A DNA stretch of 64,000 nt from a virus (Duplodnaviria > Caudoviricetes). Positions 39,834-49,586 of this stretch are shown piece by piece. Numbering within the stretch: the first letter of the stretch is position 1; each line of letters starts with the position of its first letter. The translations under genes were made by a program, and so were the position numbers. Under the pieces are notes generated by a model, which did no database searches, had not been told where the DNA came from, and worked only from the letters and a program-made list of their open reading frames with translations. The stretch lies in the IMG/VR virus record IMGVR_UViG_3300031953_000001. One strand, given 5' to 3'.

Positions 39834-40298
39834 GTGAACATTCTAGATGCATTGGGTAATGTGTTAGAACGCCGCGTGTCGGTCATAAAGATCGATGTGG
39901 TTTTAGGCATTCGTTTTATTGATGAGGTTCACGACTACACCAGAGTCGACCTCATTGCGCATTACCTAAGTAAACATAACGTCACCCTGTACTGTCACGA
40001 CTTTGAACGGGCAGAACACATTAGACGGTTGCATCAGATGCACATTTTTGATCACGTTAAATCCATGTCCACCTCCACCACCTATTTTGCCGATACTCTG
40101 TCGGTGATGTACGAATGGATCGGACGACACAAATACGTCTATTGTACCGATCAACGCAAGGACGCTTACCGGTTGTTCGTCTTGTTGTGTGAAAGCTATC
40201 GATGTACCAGCGTGTTAAACTTGAAAGAGGATTTGCGTGAATTTATGTTTAACTATATCTACTCGCGGGATTTTATAGACCACAACTTATCTATTTAA
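39834..40298 (+). CDS. hypothetical protein
   Basis: 154 aa ORF in a co-directional run; GGAGG at 39817-39821. Confidence 0.6.
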   Translation: MNILDALGNVLERRVSVIKIDVVLGIRFIDEVHDYTRVDLIAHYLSKHNVTLYCHDFERAEHIRRLHQMHIFDHVKSMSTSTTYFADTLSVMYEWIGRHKYVYCTDQRKDAYRLFVLLCESYRCTSVLNLKEDLREFMFNYIYSRDFIDHNLSI

Positions 40299-40310
40299 GC
40301 GAGTGCTGGT

Positions 40311-40697
40311 ATGTCTCAATGCACCATTTACACCGTTCAGATCAACCACCTACGTGAAGCTATACTGAAAGACATCCCGGCGATTGACATCACCGTGAAA
40401 TCTGGGGAGTTGGCCTTTGCCCCCACTTGGGATATGGTCTGGGGGTCTAAGATGGGAACCTTATCCAACGCCCGGTACGAGGCGGAGTATACCGAGATGA
40501 TGCTTGCCAGTCAGAAAAAGCACCCTGAAGTATGGCAGAAGGCCTTAGCCTTAACCGAAGTGGCCTTAGCGTGTTATTGTCCTCCGGGCAAGTTTTGTCA
40601 TCGTCATTTATTAAAACGTATGCTCATCAATCTCCACTTACGCGAAGGCGTGGACGTGGTGGATGGGGGCGAATTCCTACCACAAGGAACACCGTGA
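40311..40697 (+). CDS. DUF488/DUF4326-like protein
   Basis: IDITVKSG, FAPTWDMV, ALACYC..G.FCHRHLL (C-x-C...C-H-R motif). Confidence 0.6.
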   Translation: MSQCTIYTVQINHLREAILKDIPAIDITVKSGELAFAPTWDMVWGSKMGTLSNARYEAEYTEMMLASQKKHPEVWQKALALTEVALACYCPPGKFCHRHLLKRMLINLHLREGVDVVDGGEFLPQGTP

Positions 40698-41086
40698 TGT
40701 TAAAGAAGACCTTATTTGAAATACACGATGAAGACCGGGCCTTAACCATAGAGCAGCTCGCAGAAGCGGTCCACGAGGCCAACCGCGCCTATTGCCTTGC
40801 ACAAGGCGACCAAAGCCAGCCCTCCTGGGATGCGTGCAGTGAGGACGTCCGTGCAGGCACTCTCGACGGGGTAGTGTTTCATCTGGATAATCCAGAAGCC
40901 ACCGCCGATGGGTCTCATGAGAACTGGATGAACCATAAAACACAAGAAGGTTGGACGTACGGCGAGGTTAAAAGCGAAGCCGATAAGACTCACCCCTCAA
41001 TTGTTGCGTTCAACGACCTTCCTGAAAAGGAAAAGGTCAAAGACTATCTGTTCGAATGTTTGGTACGGACCCTCAGTAGTTTCTGA
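40697..41086 (+). CDS. RyR (ryanodine receptor Repeat12/34) domain protein
   Basis: LAEAVHE...HENWMNHKTQEGWTYGEVKSEADKTHPSIVAFNDLPEKEKVKD; TGATG coupling to the upstream stop. Confidence 0.8.
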   Translation: MLKKTLFEIHDEDRALTIEQLAEAVHEANRAYCLAQGDQSQPSWDACSEDVRAGTLDGVVFHLDNPEATADGSHENWMNHKTQEGWTYGEVKSEADKTHPSIVAFNDLPEKEKVKDYLFECLVRTLSSF

Positions 41087-41090
41087 AAAC

Positions 41091-41127
41091 CGCATAAGAG
41101 GAGAGGCTTCGGCCTCTCCTTATTTTT
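41091..41127 (+). terminator. intrinsic terminator
   Basis: cgcataa-gaggagaggc-ttcg-gcctctcct-tatttttt. Confidence 0.85.
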
Positions 41128-41194
41128 TGTCTCGATAACACGAAGACGTAAAATAGGGGAGCCCTGAGGCTCCCCTGGGTGTGCTTCACTGCGT

Positions 41195-42067
41195 TTAGCT
41201 TTCGCCTACACCGCTCTGCGCTGCCGCTGCAAGATCTTCCTTGTAGCCGCTCTGAACCGCTGCATTGACGTTCGCATCAATCGCGTTAACGAAAGCGGGA
41301 CGTTGCATTGGGCCTGCATTGACGTAACTGAGCTCATCCAGAATGGTCTGGGCAAACCGACGTGTACCTTGGCTGACAACAGGCATGCCTGCAAATTCAA
41401 CCGACAATTCTGGTACGTCAGCACCTGCGGTCAGGTCCATCTGAGACTCAAGTTCCCCTGCGGTCATTGGGAACATGTTGGTTACCAACCAAGCTTCCAC
41501 CACGTGACGACGCAGCGGATCGGGTTCAATGTACAGCGTTGTAAAGCTGTAAATGTCCGCCAGCTGATCCGTCGGGGGGTTTTCCCCACTCATGATGCCA
41601 GGTTGTTTGGTGATGGGTTCTGCGATCAAGTTCCGAATGTAAGCCTGCCAGAAGTTATGGATGGCTCGACCATAGCGCTCATCCCACACGTGTGTGGGAG
41701 TAGACATGGTTTCGGTGACGTTGGTCGGATCGCGTTGCATGTGACCCGCACCGCCTACCGGACGCTCGGATGATTCAACCGTCAACCCGGTCCGAAGACC
41801 GGTGATGTTCTTTGACTGGTTTTCGATCAGAGATTTAAGAACCGCCACCCACTTCTGTGGATTGGGTAGGTTCTGGAAGCCCCGAGGGGCCTCCACTAAG
41901 ATCGGAATCAAGTTCCGGGGCGTATACCCGGTGTTGGATACGTAGGCCCCAAAGTCCGGCTGAAAGCCGTACTGACCGCCGAGCGAAACGTCAATCATAG
42001 GCGTTTGACCATCTCGCCCTTGGTTATACGCCTGCGCGTCGATCAGGGTACCTTTGAGTCGTGACAT
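41195..42067 (-). CDS. tail tube protein (phiKZ gp30-like)
   Basis: 290 aa directly downstream of the sheath gene; GGQYGFQPD, YSFTTLYIEPDP, WLVTNMFP motifs. Confidence 0.8.
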   Translation of the reverse strand: MSRLKGTLIDAQAYNQGRDGQTPMIDVSLGGQYGFQPDFGAYVSNTGYTPRNLIPILVEAPRGFQNLPNPQKWVAVLKSLIENQSKNITGLRTGLTVESSERPVGGAGHMQRDPTNVTETMSTPTHVWDERYGRAIHNFWQAYIRNLIAEPITKQPGIMSGENPPTDQLADIYSFTTLYIEPDPLRRHVVEAWLVTNMFPMTAGELESQMDLTAGADVPELSVEFAGMPVVSQGTRRFAQTILDELSYVNAGPMQRPAFVNAIDANVNAAVQSGYKEDLAAAAQSGVGES

Positions 42068-42092
42068 AATTCAATACTCCGTTGACGATGGA

Positions 42093-44162
42093 TTAACCGG
42101 CGAAGTCGCTGCGGCGACGGGCGACGATGGTGTAGGTACCGACGGTCATCATGTTGTTTAAGTACAACGCGATGTCACAGCTCCAGGAATACCCCAAGGC
42201 ATCATCGAAATCGGTGAAGTAGGTCCGAGGCTCTACAATCACACGATCGTCGAATCGATCTTGCGTCTTGTCGATGATCAGTTGGTTGCTGCGCTCAATG
42301 AACTGCTCGCGTGTCAACTTGCTGGTACCGGTCAGTTCACGCCAAGCCCGCTCGGCGACTTTCTCAATTTCAACGATGATCATCATGTTGATGGCGGAGT
42401 TGAGTACCGAGGTGGAGTCGTCGTACACCGTTTGCACGGCTGGGAAGAACAACGACCGACGGTCAAAGTTCTGTACCCACACCAAACCGGAGTCCCAATC
42501 GCGATCGTACACCCGTTGTGGCTTGTAGGTGCAGTTGACGTCTTTGAACATGGTGATCTGGTTGTACGGCGCAGTATCAAACCCGCGATCGCGTGCCCAG
42601 TAACCGTTGCCGGCGCCCATGAACCGAGACATCTTATCCGCAAGCTCCAAAGTCAAAGGCAGTAAGCCTTTGTATTGACTGTTGAGCATGTGTCCGGAGT
42701 GACCCACCACCAGAGCCCGACACACAGGGGTGCCAAAGACTTCGGATTCTGGGTACATACGTGCAGCAGCACGCAGGGCAATAGCGACGGAGGTCTCTTC
42801 TTCCGCGGTGTTCTGACGGAAACCTGGGGTGGTGACGTCTTGAGTCGAGAGGATCACCGAGATGTCTTTACGACGGCCGATTGGCGTCAGCATCTTCTTC
42901 TTAGTGTCCAACGTGAACCCGGTGTCCCAAATAATGGACTGTGGGTACATGGCACTGTCGAGGAAGTTAAAATCCAGATCGCCGTAGTTGACCAACTGAT
43001 TGGCAACCAACGCATCGAACGTAACGTTGTCCAAAGAACCATCAAATCCGCCGGTGGCGTAATGGTTGGTAGAACCCGTCAATTCAATACCGCCTTCGGC
43101 TTTGCCCAACACCTGGATGGTGTGGTACTCAACGCCGCTGACGGTTTTGCCGCCAACGATGTTGACCAGGTGACGCCCTACGTCTGCATCTGCTGGCCAC
43201 TCAGGTTGATGCACAAGCTCGGTGTTGTACAGCATGTCCAGAATCGTCTGGAGGTTGTCGTGGTAAACGTGTAGGCCGTTGAACGGACCAAACTGCTTGG
43301 GTGCGTTGTCCAGATCGCGGTACGCATCCAGTAAGATCTGATCGATGAACAGTTCACTGTCGGTGCGGGTGTTGATGGCGCCTTCTTTAAACGAGAACTG
43401 CACACTCTGAGAACCGGACATGGTTTGCACCACGTTGGGTTGACTCTTAGCGTCAGGACGCTCGATCATCTGAATGCGATACAAGAACGCATTTTGGTCA
43501 GCGATGACTTCTTCATCGGCGGGGTCGGACGCAGATTCGGTGGTCGGAGCCCAAAGACGGATGCCTTTTAGGTTACCATGAGAACCGAAGTCAGCGACTT
43601 GCAGATCGGCGATGGGGTAAATAGTGGATTGCGCTGTGTCGCCTGCGTTTGACAGAGACCCAGCCATGGATTGACCCGTACCGATGGCATTGTCCGTCAG
43701 CTCACGCAGAACCCAACGGGTTTTGTGGCCAGGGATCATATCGCCAGTAGGAATAGGGTTGCCGTCCTGATCCAGAGTCAGGCTGTCGTCGTCTCCCCGT
43801 TCGTACACCGGGACGTCATCGGCAAGGACTTCCAGCGCCAGACCCAGAGTGGCAGGCGGTGCTGCGTCCTCAGGCTTCATGCGCTGAATCATCATCGCGT
43901 TACCATTGCCATTGACAATGTTGGTCAACAGAGTTTGATGGTTGGCGTACTTACTGCGTACATCAAACGTTTTCGCACCGTACATCCGGGTGGCGGAACC
44001 ACCAGAGACTAACTGGGCGTCTAACGGCCCCTTTTCTGTGAACAGAAAAATATGCGGCAGGTGGGAAGGGATCTGTTCCGGAACAACCGGAAGTATACCT
44101 CCAGATTCGTCCTTAACCCCTTGCAAAATCGCCTTAGGGGCGGCATTCAAGATGGCGCTCAT
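42093..44162 (-). CDS. tail sheath protein (phiKZ gp29-like)
   Basis: 689 aa; PSHLPHIFLFTEKGP, DTGFTLDTK, SEVFGTPVCRA, FFPAVQTVYDDSTSVL. Confidence 0.85.
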   Translation of the reverse strand: MSAILNAAPKAILQGVKDESGGILPVVPEQIPSHLPHIFLFTEKGPLDAQLVSGGSATRMYGAKTFDVRSKYANHQTLLTNIVNGNGNAMMIQRMKPEDAAPPATLGLALEVLADDVPVYERGDDDSLTLDQDGNPIPTGDMIPGHKTRWVLRELTDNAIGTGQSMAGSLSNAGDTAQSTIYPIADLQVADFGSHGNLKGIRLWAPTTESASDPADEEVIADQNAFLYRIQMIERPDAKSQPNVVQTMSGSQSVQFSFKEGAINTRTDSELFIDQILLDAYRDLDNAPKQFGPFNGLHVYHDNLQTILDMLYNTELVHQPEWPADADVGRHLVNIVGGKTVSGVEYHTIQVLGKAEGGIELTGSTNHYATGGFDGSLDNVTFDALVANQLVNYGDLDFNFLDSAMYPQSIIWDTGFTLDTKKKMLTPIGRRKDISVILSTQDVTTPGFRQNTAEEETSVAIALRAAARMYPESEVFGTPVCRALVVGHSGHMLNSQYKGLLPLTLELADKMSRFMGAGNGYWARDRGFDTAPYNQITMFKDVNCTYKPQRVYDRDWDSGLVWVQNFDRRSLFFPAVQTVYDDSTSVLNSAINMMIIVEIEKVAERAWRELTGTSKLTREQFIERSNQLIIDKTQDRFDDRVIVEPRTYFTDFDDALGYSWSCDIALYLNNMMTVGTYTIVARRRSDFAG

Positions 44163-44203
44163 TCGAGCCTCCTTTTTAACTAACCATGGTCAGAGTCAGA
44201 TTC

Positions 44204-44230
44204 TATGATCGATGCCGTCGCATCTTCATA
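44204..44230. promoter_or_regulatory. pair of opposed TATG late-promoter motifs
   Basis: ttcTATGa at 44204-44207 (+) and ttcTATGa at 44230-44227 (-) between divergent structural operons; phiKZ late promoters have TATG at -3..+1. Confidence 0.5.
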
Positions 44231-44297
44231 GAATTACAGACGCATTTGACCGGAATGTGGAAATTAACAGGTCTTTATCTTACATCGGAGTGTAACT

Positions 44298-45194
44298 ATG
44301 TTTATCTCACCCTACCACACGACAGCGTGTCGCAACCATCGGATGGAGGACATCCACCGTGAACTCACCAACCTTTTCTTACAAGACGAACTGCGTCATC
44401 TCAACGGTCGTGTTTATCTGGTAGGCGATGAGCATACACAATTAAAGCCGTTCGCTCACCCCATCGTCATGGCTAATCCACACAACCGGCGCGACACAAT
44501 CATTGTCGCCGACAGCCGGTCGGTGGCTAGGGCCTCACGTGAGACCGGTGAACTTAAAGGCGGTTCCGATTTTGAGTACCTGAAGCTTCGAAGTCAGTTA
44601 ATGGACCTTGCCTGGATCGACGGGACTGGTAACGACCTGCTGAACGCTGGCGACTTTCAAGTCCGCGTGTATTCTCGGTTGATGGCGGAGAACCTGGGTC
44701 GACGTATGAACCTGTCGTTGGATACCCAAGCCACGATACAAGTAATCGCAGCGATGTTTTACATCTCGCTGTTTTACGACGAGCTGCCAGAGGGTGAGGA
44801 ATTCCTTTTGAAGTCGGCCAAACGCATCAGTCGCTCTGTGGGTATTCCCGTGCCGACTGTGTTGGCTCTCATCGAAGAAATCCCGCCCATGAAAGATCTG
44901 ACGGCGTTTACTGAAACACTGGTGACGCACGGTCACAGCGTTCGATTAGAGAAACTCAAGCCTGGGTTCTTGTACACCATGCTTGGGGGGATCTGGTTCG
45001 GGGCCCACAGCGTTGAGAACGTTGCCGTGGCGTTGGAACACCCACCCACCTTTTGTGCCATGCTGCAATTGGTCGTGTTGGATCGCAGTTATCGTAAGAG
45101 TATTCTCGGACAATTGATCCAAAGGATCGACCGCCGCAACGAATTGGGCGAGACCTTTTCATACCATCTGCAAAGGATGGTTTCCGTATCGTAA
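44298..45194 (+). CDS. virion structural protein (phiKZ gp28-like)
   Basis: 298 aa; MFISPYHTT start, W.G....E.VAVALEHPPTF; synteny. Confidence 0.7.
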   Translation: MFISPYHTTACRNHRMEDIHRELTNLFLQDELRHLNGRVYLVGDEHTQLKPFAHPIVMANPHNRRDTIIVADSRSVARASRETGELKGGSDFEYLKLRSQLMDLAWIDGTGNDLLNAGDFQVRVYSRLMAENLGRRMNLSLDTQATIQVIAAMFYISLFYDELPEGEEFLLKSAKRISRSVGIPVPTVLALIEEIPPMKDLTAFTETLVTHGHSVRLEKLKPGFLYTMLGGIWFGAHSVENVAVALEHPPTFCAMLQLVVLDRSYRKSILGQLIQRIDRRNELGETFSYHLQRMVSVS

Positions 45195-45212
45195 CCGACG
45201 TAGGATCGTGGT

Positions 45213-47783
45213 ATGTTAGATTATCTCGTGAAGCACGCGGTGGACAACGTCTGGTGTTCGCCCGAACAAGACCGACAAGTGATCATTCGCCCCAAGCGCC
45301 TGAGCCATCGCTTGGGCGCTCTGGGTCTTCAACAGGTGATGTGGGAGCGCATTAAGTTACCCACCCAAGGCGACTATTACCACGTCTTTCAGATCGGTCA
45401 CGTGCACCCTATACTGCTAGGTCTTCATGGTGTCGATGACGATTGGGTTCGACTGGACAGCATCATCAATACCACCACCTTGATGGCGGAAGTGTATTTT
45501 GGTGACGGCGTGGTCTTACCCAGAACCGAAACCTGGATCAAGTACGATCGACATAAAAACTTGATTGTGGCCATTCCAGACACACGGATCTTCAGGCGAC
45601 TGCGAGACGACGGCATCTACTGCCGAGTTTACAGCAACGCCTACTTCGAATCCCATCGGGCCAACGCCACCACCGAAGGCACCTTCATCGAAGGGTTAAC
45701 CGTCAGTGCGGCCTCCGACGTCTTGACTTTGCAACAGAAGTATCATCTGGCTTTGGTTAAACCTGGAACCGCATACGCGTATCATAACGGCTGGTTAGTC
45801 AACGATCTGAGACCCAGTCGCATCGCAGTGGGAGACAAGATAGAATACGTCTACGACAGTTCTATCTACCGCACCATCAACTTCCCTATTTCAGAACTGG
45901 GGACCTTCGACAGTACCTTAGACCTCAAGCGCAAGTACCTATTGAATTACGCGCTGTTCGACAACGAACGTATCGATTTTGAAGACGACGTCGATATCTA
46001 TCTGGTCAAGCGGGATGAACAAGGTCGGGAACGGGGCATCTACTACCACCGCAATAAGAAAGACGCAATACGCATGTTGTCCCACAAAGACTATGCGATC
46101 CCAGTGTCCTACGTGGACGGCTTCCAGCAAGCCCACGAATCCGTGTGGTCCAACATGAACGATCTGTCGGTACGGGTGTACGTGCGCAAAGCCGGGTTTG
46201 ATCGACCGTTGATTCAAGAACACCACCGGTTGTTTGAATTGTATCGGTTGGACGCTGAAAGTGTGAAGCGGGCTATGTTGGGGGTAGACTCCACCGTCAC
46301 TGTGTGGCAAGCGGCTGCCTTGGAGGCCAGTCCCTACGTAGCGCTGATGCGGGCCAAAGACACCGGTCTTAACTCCTTGTCGGTGCAAGAAGCCTACGGG
46401 TATAACGCCGTGTCGCGGTTGGTGGGGGATACTCCTCAAGCCGTGCGAGTCACTGCCAACGGACCCATGGTGGATCTGAAGCCCGGTCATTGGGAAGAGA
46501 CCACCCTGTACGAGTACAGCGCTCAAGGGAAATTGTTGGGCTACTATTTTCACGCTTCAGGATTGGAATACGTCTGTCGACACCCAGAGACTGCTCTGGT
46601 AGAAGCTGTGGTTGGGGAGGTCTCTGAGTCCTTGGACATGACCTCCGGAGAACTCATGGTCTCAACCGACAAACGGTATAACTACCGAGCGTATCTGTGC
46701 ACCCGCTTAGGTGATCAGTTATTGTGGGATTGGGTCGACGTCAGTAACTCCGAGATCCTGTCGGTGGGTGGTGGTACTCTCAATTTTACAGTGGACTTGC
46801 AGACCGATTACCCAACGGTGATCAGCGACAAACGGTTCATCGGGTACCAAGTACCGGTACCGGTGGCCAACGGTGTCTTGACCTTGACCGTCAGCAGCAA
46901 CGAAACCCATTTGGGTGAAACGGTAAGACGCACCATGACCGTTCCGCCCAGAAGGTTGGATCTGTGGTTGAACGGTCATCCGCTGATCGAGGGGTTGGAT
47001 TACCACGTCGATTTCCCTGAGGTGGTGGTGGTCAATAAGCAATACTTGACCAACGCTGAAAATCAGTACCTCGACGTTCGATGTCAAGGGTTCTGTGCAT
47101 CGGATATGAAAACAGAAGCCCCACGGGAGTCTGGGTTTGTAGAACACGGGTACCTGAGCAAAGACCGTCAGTACAACGTGCGGGATGACAAGGTGGTGTC
47201 TTTCATTGTCGGGGGTAAGTTAACCTTGCGCTCGGAATTGGACTTTGCGGAAGACAACTCCGGTATCTCCGTGTCCCGGGTAGCCAATGGAACGCCTTAC
47301 GTCATACGTGAAACTATAGTACCCATGCGCGGTGAGACCTATTTGGACACCTACAACTTTCGGGCAAGATCCATAGCCGTTGACACGGAGATTGAGGCTT
47401 ACCTGACGTTGAAGTACCCAGAGCCGGTAATCCCAGGGCCCAGTCCTATTCTTGAGCGTTATGCCGTCTACAGTCCGTTTTTAAGTCGAATCATCAACGA
47501 CCTGCAAGAAGGTTACATTGATGAGAGTCGGTTAAAGACACCTTACTCCAACGCTGAGGTTTATGAGCTGGGACGTTACTACGAGTTCTTGTTGCCCTTT
47601 GATCCGGCGAATTTAGGCGTGGACGATCGGTACGTGGCCATACACCCACATCGGTTCTTAACGCCGGTGCCTTTGAGTATTTATCAATACAACTTTGTTC
47701 AACGAATCAACGCGCTGTATTTTGACAACGCCATCTCGCTGAGCCAATTCATTGAAGTTCAACTCCCTCAGACGCAGGAGTAA
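45213..47783 (+). CDS. virion/baseplate structural protein (phiKZ gp27-like)
   Basis: 856 aa; NVWCSPEQDRQ N-terminus; synteny. Confidence 0.75.
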   Translation: MLDYLVKHAVDNVWCSPEQDRQVIIRPKRLSHRLGALGLQQVMWERIKLPTQGDYYHVFQIGHVHPILLGLHGVDDDWVRLDSIINTTTLMAEVYFGDGVVLPRTETWIKYDRHKNLIVAIPDTRIFRRLRDDGIYCRVYSNAYFESHRANATTEGTFIEGLTVSAASDVLTLQQKYHLALVKPGTAYAYHNGWLVNDLRPSRIAVGDKIEYVYDSSIYRTINFPISELGTFDSTLDLKRKYLLNYALFDNERIDFEDDVDIYLVKRDEQGRERGIYYHRNKKDAIRMLSHKDYAIPVSYVDGFQQAHESVWSNMNDLSVRVYVRKAGFDRPLIQEHHRLFELYRLDAESVKRAMLGVDSTVTVWQAAALEASPYVALMRAKDTGLNSLSVQEAYGYNAVSRLVGDTPQAVRVTANGPMVDLKPGHWEETTLYEYSAQGKLLGYYFHASGLEYVCRHPETALVEAVVGEVSESLDMTSGELMVSTDKRYNYRAYLCTRLGDQLLWDWVDVSNSEILSVGGGTLNFTVDLQTDYPTVISDKRFIGYQVPVPVANGVLTLTVSSNETHLGETVRRTMTVPPRRLDLWLNGHPLIEGLDYHVDFPEVVVVNKQYLTNAENQYLDVRCQGFCASDMKTEAPRESGFVEHGYLSKDRQYNVRDDKVVSFIVGGKLTLRSELDFAEDNSGISVSRVANGTPYVIRETIVPMRGETYLDTYNFRARSIAVDTEIEAYLTLKYPEPVIPGPSPILERYAVYSPFLSRIINDLQEGYIDESRLKTPYSNAEVYELGRYYEFLLPFDPANLGVDDRYVAIHPHRFLTPVPLSIYQYNFVQRINALYFDNAISLSQFIEVQLPQTQE

Positions 47784-47786
47784 ATC

Positions 47787-49451
47787 ATGGCTGAAAGTAC
47801 GCTGGTACCCATCGCCGACCCCAACCGTGGGTTTAAGGTCTGGTACATCGACGAGGTCTACGCGGGTGAAACCGGCACGGGTCGTTATGTACCCAACGAA
47901 CGAGATCTGGTGATCTCATACATCGACGGGTGGCTTCGAGTCATCAATGTGGATTACACCACAGGACTGAGTGAACTGCAACCGTTGGACTTCGCCGACA
48001 CCGGAGGCGCTGATGTCGTCACTGATCGGTTGCTGGGCGCCGGACCTGGCCGCATCAGCGAGTCGTTTCGAGTGTTCTTGGACACCTCGGTGGTACCGCA
48101 CACACTGGCGTTCGACGCGCGGATGAAAGTCCACGGCACCACCGTAAAGTACCTCAAGTTGTTTCGAGGCACTAAGATTGAAAACGGTGAAGTCGTCTCA
48201 CGGCAATACAACCAACAAGGCGATCTGCTGGGGGAATCGATTCCTTTGGAGTTGGTGCAAGTTGCGGGGGCAGAGAACCTGGCCATTAAAACCCCTAAGG
48301 TAGGTCATTGTGCGGTGTCTTTACCTGATGGAGAAACGGTCACTGCGGTGATGTACGACGACATGGGTGGGGTGAGGTACACCGCTGTGTTGTTGATCAA
48401 GAACACCGGGTGGATTCGCAGTCTGAACACCGCGGTTAAGTACGTCACCAGCATCGAATTGGAATCGCCGTTCTTGTCAGCGGCAGACGACCGGCTGCTT
48501 GAGTGTCCGGTTAACATTCCGGTAGGAGCCATCACACGTCGGGGGGTAGTGAACTACTCAGACGGTTCAAAGAAGACCTTGCCGATCGACGGCACCAAGT
48601 TTGCACTCTTTGGGTTGCAGCGCTTTGTGTCTACCATCCTGGGTCAGAAACAACCGTTGACGTTGATCTATTACCTGTCTCCGGATGAGGTGTCTTACGG
48701 ATCGGTTCCAGGCGATACCATGCACCTGACCGAGAGTTACCTGGCCACCACGATCAAGGTCGATGGGGCGTACAGCGTTAAGTTGTTCACCTACCCGGCT
48801 TGGATCGACGCCATCAACGGCTACCGACTGACGCACTTCCTGTACAACTTGGAACGGGACGAGGTCTTTGAGGTAACGGCCTTGGTGGAACTGGCAGCCA
48901 ATTCTCCAGCGTTCAATCCGTTGGCGTACGGGGTCAGTCAAGACATCACGTTTGCGTTGGATCTGTCCAAGGTCTCCAGTCGGTTCAAGAACTACCGACA
49001 TCTACAGACCACGCGGATTTCGTTGTTAAGGCCCGGCCTTGATGACAACACCAACTGGACAGTGAACTACGACAACACGCTGCCGGCTTACGGCGTCAGT
49101 GACGAGGGTGCAGGACTTAAGGCGGAGGTTGAGTTCATCAACTCCAATCTGTGGTACCTGAGCATCGACAACGGCTTTGGCAGTGTCGAGCACTGGTTGC
49201 GTGAAGTCTATGAGAAGACGCTGCCTCTGTACGACCAAACCGCTGAGGACAAAGCACCGACGCCCAACTATTTCCGGCTGATCGCAGGGGCGTACACCAT
49301 GGAAGCCCCGGTGAGCATGTGGAACCACAAGTTCACGGTCAACAACCTCTTGGATTCGGGTGAGAACGTTTACCTGCAATTCTTCCGGCGCAACTCACAA
49401 ACCGATCTACAACTAAGCACTGCGGCGCTGATCATGCGTCAAACCAACTGA
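47787..49451 (+). CDS. virion/baseplate structural protein (phiKZ gp26-like)
   Basis: 554 aa; GRYVPNERDLV, YSVKLFTYP.W motifs; synteny. Confidence 0.75.
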   Translation: MAESTLVPIADPNRGFKVWYIDEVYAGETGTGRYVPNERDLVISYIDGWLRVINVDYTTGLSELQPLDFADTGGADVVTDRLLGAGPGRISESFRVFLDTSVVPHTLAFDARMKVHGTTVKYLKLFRGTKIENGEVVSRQYNQQGDLLGESIPLELVQVAGAENLAIKTPKVGHCAVSLPDGETVTAVMYDDMGGVRYTAVLLIKNTGWIRSLNTAVKYVTSIELESPFLSAADDRLLECPVNIPVGAITRRGVVNYSDGSKKTLPIDGTKFALFGLQRFVSTILGQKQPLTLIYYLSPDEVSYGSVPGDTMHLTESYLATTIKVDGAYSVKLFTYPAWIDAINGYRLTHFLYNLERDEVFEVTALVELAANSPAFNPLAYGVSQDITFALDLSKVSSRFKNYRHLQTTRISLLRPGLDDNTNWTVNYDNTLPAYGVSDEGAGLKAEVEFINSNLWYLSIDNGFGSVEHWLREVYEKTLPLYDQTAEDKAPTPNYFRLIAGAYTMEAPVSMWNHKFTVNNLLDSGENVYLQFFRRNSQTDLQLSTAALIMRQTN

Positions 49452-49453
49452 TC

Positions 49454-49481
49454 AAAGGGGGAGGTTCGCCTCCCCCTGTGT
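49454..49481 (+). terminator. intrinsic terminator
   Basis: gggggagg-ttcg-cctccccc then tgtgttt. Confidence 0.7.
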
Positions 49482-49586
49482 TTGGCTTGGGGGTGGCGCA
49501 GTCTACAGGACATTGATGTATGGTGGTCTTCAAGAACGACTAAGTTGTCTAACCTAGTGCTATTAGTATAGTCAAATAAACATCGT

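Noticed and set aside
49530-49575. gacta...tagtc resembles group I P7 strands upstream of the free-standing HNH gene.
   Set aside because: Both flanking genes appear complete (gp26-like gene has its stop and terminator, terL starts normally), and no P3/P4/P6 or splice junctions could be built.
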